A stretch of 32,506 nucleotides of DNA from Dehalococcoidia bacterium (GCA_023271485.1 JALPXT010000001.1:1-32506); one strand, 5' to 3'. Positions 26,459-32,506 are shown, numbered from the stretch's first letter. Program-made: numbers and translations. The notes: generated by a model not told the origin, from the letters alone.

Positions 26459-26555
26459 TATAGCCTCCTTTCTACTGGATGTTGAACTTCTTCGGTGTTT
26501 TACCGATGCACCGGTCAGCCTTTTCAACGGCTAGAACATGTCTCTATCACCCCCC

Positions 26556-26592
26556 TTCAAATAGAAATCCCCGCCTCCAGGGCGGGGATTTC
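26556..26592 (-). terminator. Intrinsic terminator / expression platform of riboswitch 1
   Basis: The minus strand reads GAAATCCCCGCC-CTGGA-GGCGGGGATTTC (12-bp stem) followed by TATTT. It lies between the aptamer and the btuF SD. Confidence 0.7.
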
Positions 26593-26639
26593 CGACAAAA
26601 CTAAAATCCTTCCCTCCCCTCGGAGGCGTTGAGATCGAA

Positions 26640-26756
26640 TCAGAGGCTGGCGTTCTGGCTTCCCCTCAGCAGGGGTCACAGTGGCGGGGCCGCGCCGGAT
26701 TCGCACCGGACTTGCTCTCCATTTCAGCCCTGGCTCATGCTCGGGCACCTCTGTCA
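26640..26756 (-). promoter_or_regulatory. Cobalamin (B12) riboswitch 1
   Basis: The minus strand reads ...AGGTGCCCGAGC...GGTGCGAATCCGGCGCGGCCCCGCCACTGTGA...GGGAAGCCAGAACGCCAGCC. This gives the conserved core and a somewhat divergent B12 box. It lies upstream of btuFCD. Confidence 0.85.
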
Positions 26757-26847
26757 AGCTATTCAATTGTAGATTACTATATATTATATTAGCAGTATCA
26801 TCATCTCTTGTCAAGCGGAAGCACGGCAAGAACCGGCGGAGGCACTC
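26754..26847. repeat. Repeat A, copy 1 (94 nt, contains the promoter of the riboswitch-btuFCD operon)
   Basis: It is about 85% identical (80/94 by hand count) to 30600-30693, in the same orientation. Confidence 0.8.
26786..26814 (-). promoter_or_regulatory. Sigma70-type promoter of riboswitch 1/btuFCD
   Basis: The minus strand reads TTGACA (26814-26809), a 17-nt spacer, then TAATAT (26791-26786), about 30 nt upstream of the aptamer. Confidence 0.65.
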
Positions 26848-26879
26848 CCCAGAGGTAGTTGCCCTCAAACATCATCGAA

Positions 26880-27635
26880 CTAGGCTAACCACAACCATTG
26901 GTTGTAAGCCAGCAGAGAGACAAGAATAAGCACCCAAACCTCAGCTACTTCATTTATAGCCCCGTAGGTGTCACCAGTAAGACCAGAAAACTTACGCTTA
27001 AAATAGGTTCCCATGGCTATCACTATAACCCAGATGCCCGCCATTATAGCTAAGCCTGCCAGTTGGGCTAAAACCACAGTTGCTGCCAAAGTTACCAGTG
27101 TGGCTAAAGTAAGCATCTGCCAATTAGCTTTCTGCTTGAATGACTTGCCCAGACCTGATGGCTGGGCAGCGGGATAGGCGAAGCCGGCATAGACCATTGT
27201 CCACCGACTTATTACCGGCATAAGCACCAGGGTCGACATCAGTAAAGGTTCAGGTAGGCTATTTAGTGAGATATACTTGACCAACAATAGGCAGCAGATG
27301 CCGACAACACCAAAAGCGCCCACCCGACTGTCACGCATTATTTCCCATCTTTCCTGCGGAGTCTTGTGACCAGCGATACCGTCGCAGGTATCAACAAAGC
27401 CATCAAGGTGCAATGCGCCACTAATCACCACCAAGCAAACAATCAGCAGTACATTTACTACAGCCGAAGGTAGGATAAGACTCAAAAGCCAACTCAAACC
27501 AGCTAAAATAAGACCAATTATGATACCGACCACAGGGTAGTAACCCATCGACCGTCCTATTTCGTCCGGCCTAACCTCACGTGGCGAGGGTATGGGTATA
27601 ATGGTTAGAAACCGTATCGCGGCCAGCAACGCCAA
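26880..27635 (-). CDS. cobS: Adenosylcobinamide-GDP ribazoletransferase (cobalamin synthase)
   Basis: It is a polytopic membrane protein with a CobS-like FLTIIPIP N-terminus and a DGFVDTCDG motif. The start was set at TTG 27635 (SD GAAGGAAGAG 7 nt upstream), giving ~251 aa. The 319-aa ORF-track version overlaps cobT by 200 nt and is unlikely. Confidence 0.8.
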   Translation of the reverse strand: MALLAAIRFLTIIPIPSPREVRPDEIGRSMGYYPVVGIIIGLILAGLSWLLSLILPSAVVNVLLIVCLVVISGALHLDGFVDTCDGIAGHKTPQERWEIMRDSRVGAFGVVGICCLLLVKYISLNSLPEPLLMSTLVLMPVISRWTMVYAGFAYPAAQPSGLGKSFKQKANWQMLTLATLVTLAATVVLAQLAGLAIMAGIWVIVIAMGTYFKRKFSGLTGDTYGAINEVAEVWVLILVSLLAYNQWLWLA

Positions 27636-27639
27636 CTTG

Positions 27640-28701
27640 TCACTCTTCCTTCTCTGATACCGCAGCCTCGGCAAAGGTGGCCATCTCAGCCAGCACCCTG
27701 GCTGAAGTCTCAACCAGAAATATTCCCAGGGCGGCACCGGTGCCCTCACCCAGACGCATGTCCATGCTGAGCAACGGCTTAAGCCCAAGATGTTCAAGCA
27801 ATAACCGATGACCTGACTCAGCGGAAAGATGGGCGGCAATAAGGTAGTCCTTTAATCCTGGTGCCAGGGCAGTAGCAATGAGGGCGGCTGCCCCTGAGAT
27901 AAAGCCATCGATAACTACCGGGATGCGGTGAGCCGCCGCTCCGAGCATCACCCCGGCTAAGCCGCCAATCTCAAATCCACCTACCCTGGCCAGCACGGTT
28001 AAAGGCTGTTCAGGGTCAGGGCGATTTACCTCCAGAGCCCTCTTAATTACCTCCACTTTATGAGCAAGCTGTTCATCAGTTATGCCGGTACCGCGGCCGG
28101 TAACCCTGGTCACTGGTTTCCCAGTCATAACGGAACAGATAGCGGCACTGGGGGTGGTATTCCCAATGCCCATATCGCCGGTGCCGACTATATCCAGACC
28201 CTTAGCCACCTCGTCTCTTACTATTTCAATCCCACTCTCTACTGCGGTTATTGCCTGCTCCTCAGTCATCGCCGCACCAGTCGCCATATTCCGGGTGCCA
28301 GGGGCAACCTTTCTGGATACTAAATGAGGGTTGGGCGTTAGCTCGGATGCCACCCCCATATCTACCACAATAATTCTGGTGCCGACCTGGCGGGCAATCA
28401 CATTTATCCCGGCTCCGCCACCGAGGAAATTATAAACCATCTGAGTGGTAACCTCTTGCGGCCAGTTGCCGACCTTCTCTGCTAATACCCCATGGTCACC
28501 AGCCATAGTAATAATCGCTTTGTGCCTGATTTGAGGCCTAGGATTACCTTGAATACCAGCGAGTTTAATGGATAATTCCTCCAGCCTACCCAGGCTGCCC
28601 TGCGGTTTGGTCAACATGTCCTGCCGGGCTTGAGCCTGAGCCATTGCCTCTTGATCCAGTGGTTTTATCATTCCGATCGTATTGGACAGAAGTTCCGACA
28701 T
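27640..28701 (-). CDS. cobT: Nicotinate-nucleotide--dimethylbenzimidazole phosphoribosyltransferase
   Basis: 353-aa ORF with LTKPQGSLGRLE, GDMGIGNTT and a C-terminal EGTGA motif. Confidence 0.9.
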   Translation of the reverse strand: MSELLSNTIGMIKPLDQEAMAQAQARQDMLTKPQGSLGRLEELSIKLAGIQGNPRPQIRHKAIITMAGDHGVLAEKVGNWPQEVTTQMVYNFLGGGAGINVIARQVGTRIIVVDMGVASELTPNPHLVSRKVAPGTRNMATGAAMTEEQAITAVESGIEIVRDEVAKGLDIVGTGDMGIGNTTPSAAICSVMTGKPVTRVTGRGTGITDEQLAHKVEVIKRALEVNRPDPEQPLTVLARVGGFEIGGLAGVMLGAAAHRIPVVIDGFISGAAALIATALAPGLKDYLIAAHLSAESGHRLLLEHLGLKPLLSMDMRLGEGTGAALGIFLVETSARVLAEMATFAEAAVSEKEE

Positions 28702-28785
28702 CCTATTCCTCCTTCTTATTTAGTTATTGAACATCCCGGCTTCTTTTCTATATCATTATCGTTAATTCATAGCCCAGCCTCCTTT

Positions 28786-29266
28786 TCAAGAGAATGTGAC
28801 GATGGCTTTCAGTCCTTCGCGATTTGCCACATACCCCATGCCCTCCTGTATCTCACTCAGCGAGAGCCGCTTTGTGATAAGCCTGGCAACCGGCACCGTG
28901 CCCGAAGCTATCAGTCTGAGCGCCGCTGAGTTCTGGGCAGCAGTAGAGCCATAGGCACCAACGATGGTGAGTTCCTTATAGTGAGTCAGATTTGTATCGA
29001 GAAGAATTTGAGCCGTCTCCGGGGGCAACCCAGAAAAGAGACAGAGCCGCTCCCGGGGTGCGGCTCTCAACTACCACCCCGGCAACTTCATGCCCCAGTG
29101 TGCGTGGGTAGTGCACATCCCGGTAACCGCGCTGGAACATCTTTACATCGGTACTGCAGATGGAGCATGCCTGAGTTTTCATAAGAAGACCGCCATCTGG
29201 GCATAGTGGCATTGCCACTTCGTCTAGCATCAGCCGCCCGGGGGCTTCCATGATAGCCGCTTTCAT
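28786..29266 (-). pseudogene. Zinc-type medium-chain alcohol dehydrogenase remnant (internal ~185-codon deletion plus frame change)
   Basis: ORF 28976..29266 gives the N-terminus MKAAIMEAPG...CSICSTD...LGHEVAGVVVE. ORF 28786..29070 gives the C-terminal ~85 aa (LFSG...KELTIVGAYG...LITKRLSLSEIQEG...KAIVTF). The whole nucleotide-binding domain is missing. The junction is near 29045-29070. Confidence 0.7.
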
Positions 29267-29280
29267 AAGTTACCCCTCCA

Positions 29281-29322
29281 ATAAACACAAAAATCCCTAA
29301 ACCAAACTCGGTTTAGGGATTT
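29281..29322 (-). terminator. Intrinsic terminator / expression platform of riboswitch 2
   Basis: The minus strand reads AAATCCCTAAAC-CGAGTTTG-GTTTAGGGATTT (12-bp stem) followed by TTGTGTTTATT. Confidence 0.7.
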
Positions 29323-29359
29323 ACCATCTCCCTCAGCCCTTTCCTCCGGGGCTTAATCA

Positions 29360-29527
29360 ACTTGTTGGCAGGTCTTCTGGCTCTTAGGTCACCCTACTCC
29401 TTGACGCCTTCCCATTTCGCTCAGGCGAAACAGTGGCACTATGTCAAGTTTCGTCCCTAATCACAGCGGCGGGACCGCACCCGACTTTCACGGGTTTCCC
29501 TTTTAAGCTTCTGTTTCAAAGCACCGA
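29360..29527 (-). promoter_or_regulatory. Cobalamin (B12) riboswitch 2
   Basis: The minus strand reads GGTGC...AAAAGGGAAACCCGTGAAAGTCGGGTGCGGTCCCGCCGCTGTGA...GGGAAGGCG...AGCCAGAAGACCTGCCAAC (canonical B12 box). It lies upstream of the ADH remnant-cobT-cobS operon. Confidence 0.9.
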
Positions 29528-29536
29528 CAAGTTCTC

Positions 29537-29584
29537 TTATTAAAGAGTCAAATATAGCTTATCAAATAAGTTAGAATTTGTCAA
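29537..29584 (-). promoter_or_regulatory. Candidate promoter(s) of riboswitch 2
   Basis: There are two alternatives on the minus strand. One is TTGATA (29565-29560), 17 nt, TAATAA (29542-29537). The other is TTGACA (29584-29579), 17 nt, TAAGCT (29561-29556). Confidence 0.4.
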
Positions 29585-29610
29585 ATCCCTTGCTGTGTGT
29601 TCAGCCATAA

Positions 29611-29688
29611 GTTCGGACATCTCCCTGAACCATTCTGCTATTTTCTCATCTCTTTAAACTCGTCGCCCGCAATTGCCTATAACGTGAT
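29611..29688. repeat. Repeat B, copy 1 (78 nt)
   Basis: It matches 30719-30796 at 75 of 78 positions, in the same orientation. Weaker gapped similarity continues for ~70 nt to about 29755 / 30867. Confidence 0.85.
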
Positions 29689-29741
29689 TGGCAGACACTC
29701 AGTGCCCTGAGGGGATTGAGCAAAGCGTAGTGTATGCCGTG

Positions 29742-30305
29742 TTAACCGAAGTTCGCCCGCTCCTCCGCTTTGTTCTTATATGAGCTTTGATTGGTGTAGA
29801 TGTATAGCTGCTCAATGGCCAGTTCTACGATGGCTCGGGTGACGAAAAGGCTGCTTAGATCATAGAGGTCAACAATACGGCGCTTTGCCTCAGCCAGCGA
29901 AATATATCCCATGCGGTAAGCTCTAACCACCATACCCAAGGATCCCACCGGGGTCAAGCTCAAGCGTTTCGCTGCCTCTCGCACGGCTAAGTCATCAGTC
30001 AACAGAATTGGCACACCTATCTGCCGACAAAGATATAGGCATTCACATTCCCCAGCATGTAGCTCTTCCAGGCTGTTCTCCACTATGAACTGGGTGACTT
30101 CTGCTTGAAGCAGGGTATGCGGTTGCACATTGCTCAATCTCAAAACATCCGCTTGGGAAGTTCGCCCTTGTTCAACGGTCTCCAGCCACACAGCATCTGG
30201 GATGTGCAAGGTCTCGAAGATGCGTAGAAGTGGGAGGCAGTCAATCTCGCAAAGGTGGATAAGCGGGCCGGCATCAGATACGGCACTTATTCCTCCAGTG
30301 CCCAC
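29742..30305 (-). CDS. PIN-like domain protein (DUF3368/COG2405-type putative toxin)
   Basis: 187-aa ORF with VSDAGPLIHL..., GECECLYL and LLTDDLAVREAA...GSLGMVV, the pattern typical of DUF3368 PIN-like proteins. It overlaps the upstream small gene by 19 nt. Confidence 0.7.
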   Translation of the reverse strand: MGTGGISAVSDAGPLIHLCEIDCLPLLRIFETLHIPDAVWLETVEQGRTSQADVLRLSNVQPHTLLQAEVTQFIVENSLEELHAGECECLYLCRQIGVPILLTDDLAVREAAKRLSLTPVGSLGMVVRAYRMGYISLAEAKRRIVDLYDLSSLFVTRAIVELAIEQLYIYTNQSSYKNKAEERANFG

Positions 30306-30535
30306 GCCAGATCCTCCATCATTGCCTCGTGCTGACGCTCCGCCAGTTCGACCCAGTCAATCCCCACGGATTTAATGGCCTCATCCCGGGAAATCTCGTG
30401 CCGCAGGTAGCGCCCTAAGATATGCTCTCGCCACAATTGCCGTAGGCCGATTTGAAAGGCCCTCGTTAGTACTTCAGCCTCTGGCTTCTTGGTCTCACGG
30501 GTGAGCGATTCCAGATAAGTTAATGTGCTTTCCAT
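30287..30535 (-). CDS. UPF0175-like putative antitoxin
   Basis: The 82-aa ORF is translationally coupled to the PIN-like gene. Its C-terminal region (ISRDEAIKSVGIDWVELAERQ) is HTH-like, as in the UPF0175 partners of DUF3368. Confidence 0.55.
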   Translation of the reverse strand: MESTLTYLESLTRETKKPEAEVLTRAFQIGLRQLWREHILGRYLRHEISRDEAIKSVGIDWVELAERQHEAMMEDLAWALEE

Positions 30536-30599
30536 AGCGCTTTCCCTCCAAATCTCTTTTCTCCGCCTCTCTCACTAAAATATCAGTCCTGCTGATGCT

Positions 30600-30693
30600 T
30601 CAAGCTATTCAATTGTACTTTGCTATACGCTACATTAGCAGTATCATCATTCTTTGTCAAGCGGAAGCATGGCAAAAACCGGCGTGGGCACTC
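30600..30693. repeat. Repeat A, copy 2 (94 nt, contains the promoter of the UPF0175/PIN operon)
   Basis: It is about 85% identical to 26754-26847. The 18 nt TCAAGCTATTCAATTGTA at the lower-coordinate end are identical in both copies. Confidence 0.8.
30632..30660 (-). promoter_or_regulatory. Sigma70-type promoter of the UPF0175/PIN pair
   Basis: The minus strand reads TTGACA (30660-30655), a 17-nt spacer, then TAATGT (30637-30632). It is homologous to the promoter at 26786-26814. Confidence 0.6.
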
Positions 30694-30718
30694 AGCATTG
30701 GCTAAGGTTCAGAGATGA

Positions 30719-30796
30719 GTTCGGGCATCTCCCTGAACCATTCTACTATTTTCTCATCTCTTTAAACTCGTCGCCCGCAATTGTCTATAACGTGAT
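30719..30796. repeat. Repeat B, copy 2 (78 nt)
   Basis: It matches 29611-29688 at 75 of 78 positions. It lies only 25 nt from repeat A copy 2. Confidence 0.85.
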
Positions 30797-30898
30797 CGGG
30801 CTTGGAGCAGTGCGAAGCACTTGGGGAACGAAACGAAGCCGCAAAGCCCGTGTTATCTGAAGTCCCAGTCGTTGTAAAGACAGTTACATCCTTGTCGC

Positions 30899-31264
30899 CT
30901 ATGGCTTCTGCGGAAGTGGACGCTGACGTATCCAACCGCGCCCGATTACAGTGAACTGTCCGTCAAGTGTGATGTGATCTACCTCGAGTAGCTTGATGAA
31001 GCGTTCTGCCGGTTCATCCGGAGTGATGGGGGCAAGCCGAAAATATGCGACACCGGCTGGAGAGGGCAGGCGACGGCGGTAAATTAGCTCGCCGTAGTCG
31101 CGGTCGAAAGTTAAGATGATGCGTTGTTCTCCGTGAACTCGTGATAAGACGGATTCATCCTTCGCGCCGGGGGAATCTTCGATGATGCTGGCAATATCAT
31201 AGCCGGCAACACGTAGACGACGAACGCTTGCTACCGGCACATCCTCGTTCGCCAGGAACTGCAT
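30899..31264 (-). CDS. DUF5615-type PIN-like putative toxin
   Basis: 121-aa ORF with MQFLANEDVP...GYDI...DESVL...RIILTFDRDYGEL, typical of DUF5615 proteins paired with DUF433. Its start overlaps the stop of the upstream gene. Confidence 0.7.
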   Translation of the reverse strand: MQFLANEDVPVASVRRLRVAGYDIASIIEDSPGAKDESVLSRVHGEQRIILTFDRDYGELIYRRRLPSPAGVAYFRLAPITPDEPAERFIKLLEVDHITLDGQFTVIGRGWIRQRPLPQKP

Positions 31265-31506
31265 CAGTCGGCTCCAACGGGTGTGAGGACGAATAGCGCT
31301 TCTTCATGCATACATTCTGCTGCAAAGGCAAACACGGCCCGCAGGCTTTGCGGCGTGAGAGTGGGATAATTGTCCAGAACCTGCTTCTCGGTCCAGCCGG
31401 CTGCAAATAGGCCAAGAAGAAATTCAACGGAAAGCCGCGTGCCTTTGACCACTGGTTTGCCTGACAACACTTCCGCATCAGAGTGAATGTACTCTCTCCA
31501 GTTCAT
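31264..31506 (-). CDS. DUF433 family protein (putative antitoxin)
   Basis: 80-aa ORF with LSGKPVVKGTRLSVEFLL...GWTEKQVLDNYPTLTPQSLRAVFAFA, the canonical DUF433 pattern. A GGAGGG SD precedes the ATG. Confidence 0.75.
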   Translation of the reverse strand: MNWREYIHSDAEVLSGKPVVKGTRLSVEFLLGLFAAGWTEKQVLDNYPTLTPQSLRAVFAFAAECMHEEALFVLTPVGAD

Positions 31507-31547
31507 TAACTTTCCCTCCTAATCACAGCTCGGAATTTGTAGTCTGG

Positions 31548-31601
31548 AATTTCAGAAAACGTCTTGCGGATAAAAGAAGTTGCCGAAGGCAATTTGGGGG
31601 A
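31548..31601. repeat. Repeat C, copy 1
   Basis: aatttcagaaaacgt...ataaaagaagtt...gccgaaggcaa..tttggggga. It resembles 32158-32215 in direct orientation. Confidence 0.6.
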
Positions 31602-31617
31602 ATCTTTGATTCCCATT

Positions 31618-31854
31618 TTATCCGCTGTTTCCTCTAGGCATCGCTTGATAATATTCTTTACTTATTCGCTTAACAATGTTCTCTATTCCTACATAAAAAT
31701 TTAGTAAAAATGTTCCTATGGCTGCTTTTTGGACATTATTTATTTTATCTGAGTCCAAATTATTCTTAAGAGATGCCAAATCTTTTAAGACTTGTTCTAC
31801 TGCGTCTATCTCATCTGATACATCTGCTTTTAATTGCTCATACCTTTTTTGCAT
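31618..31854 (-). pseudogene. HEPN-type toxin remnant (N-terminal half only)
   Basis: The 78-aa ORF overlaps the MNT gene by 17 nt. Its segment AAIGTFLLNFYVGIENIVKRISKE resembles the N-terminal helices of HepT-like HEPN partners of MNT. The ORF contains no histidine, so no Rx4-6H motif is possible. It stops just before repeat C copy 1. Confidence 0.5.
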
Positions 31855-32128
31855 ATATCACTCTCCCTTTTTCCAAAATGCGTTTAGAGAAATGTTCTCT
31901 TGCATCCTCTAAGGGAATCAGGTCTACTTCACTATCTACCACACCTAAAATCTTACCATACATCTCGAAAAACTTTTCTGGCTTAACCCCCTTTACTGCT
32001 ATATCAATGTCCTGCGCTGATTCAACCCCCTCAAGACAGGAACCGAATAATAACACTTTCTCGGCACCAAATTCCTCACTAATATCGACAATCTTATCTA
32101 ACTCTCTTTTTAATACCTCTTTTTCCAT
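31838..32128 (-). CDS. Minimal nucleotidyltransferase (MNT-type antitoxin)
   Basis: 96-aa ORF with LFGSCLEG...DIDIAV, the GS-x(n)-DxD nucleotidyltransferase signature. The gene is AT-rich. Confidence 0.8.
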   Translation of the reverse strand: MEKEVLKRELDKIVDISEEFGAEKVLLFGSCLEGVESAQDIDIAVKGVKPEKFFEMYGKILGVVDSEVDLIPLEDAREHFSKRILEKGRVIYAKKV

Positions 32129-32157
32129 TTATTCATCACCTCACAAATAGCTGTCAA

Positions 32158-32215
32158 AATTTCAGATAACGTTCCCAGCATAAAAGAAGTTTTTGCGAAG
32201 CAACAATTTGGGTGA
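32158..32215. repeat. Repeat C, copy 2
   Basis: aatttcagataacgt...ataaaagaagttttt...gcgaagcaacaatttgggtga, direct with 31548-31601. Confidence 0.6.
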
Positions 32216-32422
32216 GTGCCGTAGGGCGAACCTTTTACGTAACTTTTGTACAAATAGTCGGGAAAACATCGAAAAAATGAAATTTCGCTGGGGTAGGTTT
32301 CCGAAGTGATTATATTGCCACGGCTTTACTCCGATGGCTGCAGTCACTGCGTCTGTAAATCCGAAGTATTTTGTTGTACATTGGTACTATCTGAGGATTT
32401 TCCTCAACAAGGAGGTGTACCA

Positions 32423-32506
32423 ATGGACAGCATTACCAAACGCTACGGGCTTGCCAATTTCGATGATTTCTCCATCACCGGGTTCCTTGTCCCCACCGGG
32501 CACTAT
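32423..32506 (+). CDS. Partial ORF running off the window edge (unknown function)
   Basis: The ATG at 32423 has GGAGG 7 nt upstream. 28 codons (MDSITKRYGLANFDDFSITGFLVPTGHY) remain open to the end of the window. Confidence 0.35.
   Translation, partial: MDSITKRYGLANFDDFSITGFLVPTGHY

Noticed and set aside
26531-26545. AGAAC-containing sequences as possible LexA/SOS boxes (for example agaacatgtctc; also 7816-7830).
   Set aside because: No complete AGAAC-N4-GTTCT or CTGT-N8-ACAG palindrome is present. The expected box upstream of lexA has been lost along with the gene's 5' end.
26557-26868. A 103-aa minus-strand ORF upstream of btuF.
   Set aside because: It spans the promoter, cobalamin riboswitch and terminator. 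The conserved RNA motifs explain the sequence.
26880-27839. The 319-aa version of cobS starting at 27839.
   Set aside because: The first ~68 codons overlap cobT out of frame and have no CobS similarity. A TTG at 27635 with a good SD gives the normal ~250-aa protein.
30654-30860. A 68-aa plus-strand ORF covering repeats A2 and B2.
   Set aside because: The equivalent frame in copy B1 has a stop (gtt cgg aca tct ccc tga). Conservation is therefore at the nucleotide level, not the protein level.
29742-32215. An integron-like cassette array, with TA cassettes separated by attC-like sites.
   Set aside because: There is no integrase in the window. Repeats A, B and C show no R''-L''/L'-R' attC architecture or GTTRRRY cores, and each cassette has its own promoter-like sequence.
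32162-32347. A 61-aa minus-strand ORF upstream of the MNT gene.
   Set aside because: It has no SD and low-complexity basic sequence, and it overlaps repeat C copy 2. It is probably non-coding.

Overview
This is a 32.5-kb bacterial chromosomal window with about 27 credible protein genes, most on the minus strand, plus one tRNA. All family names come from reading motifs in the translations; no database search was run. The taxon cannot be fixed from the sequence. The gene content (cobalamin salvage but no de novo synthesis, 2-oxoacid:ferredoxin oxidoreductase, many toxin-antitoxin pairs) suggests an anaerobe.

Content from left to right:
- A 2-oxoacid:ferredoxin oxidoreductase alpha-like gene, translationally coupled to an unassigned 206-aa ORF.
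- A DJ-1/PfpI, fpg(mutM), PPP-type metallophosphatase and TatD operon.
- A decayed SOS-mutagenesis cassette (lexA-imuB-dnaE2, all three damaged). Its lexA 5' end is cut off by an apparently intact IS630-family element.
- A VapBC-like pair.
- A visibly lower-GC segment bracketed by tandem heptamer arrays. It holds a frameshifted DUF72 gene and a half-length MFS-like gene.
- cysK with a Cys-rich tail.
- A 734-aa fusion of a multi-TM flippase-like domain with an ApbE flavin-transferase domain.
- tRNA-Val(CAC), cobU-cobQ, mnmE, an OmpR-type two-component pair, a pyrK-like gene and purA.
- A btuFCD-type importer behind a cobalamin riboswitch.
- A second cobalamin riboswitch in front of an alcohol-dehydrogenase remnant, cobT and cobS.
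- Three consecutive toxin-antitoxin-like pairs: UPF0175/PIN, DUF433/DUF5615 and MNT/truncated HEPN.

The most interesting observations:
1. The flippase-like/ApbE fusion.
2. A 94-nt promoter-bearing repeat shared by the B12-riboswitch importer operon and a toxin-antitoxin operon. It is combined with a 78-nt, ~96% identical repeat whose arrangement implies segmental duplication plus deletion or insertion around cobST.
3. A ~40-nt hairpin motif shared by the 5' regions of two unrelated genes.
4. Deletion-type gene decay at seven or more loci.
5. Heptamer tandem arrays at three intergenic sites.

No CRISPR array, rRNA, prophage or integrase was seen.
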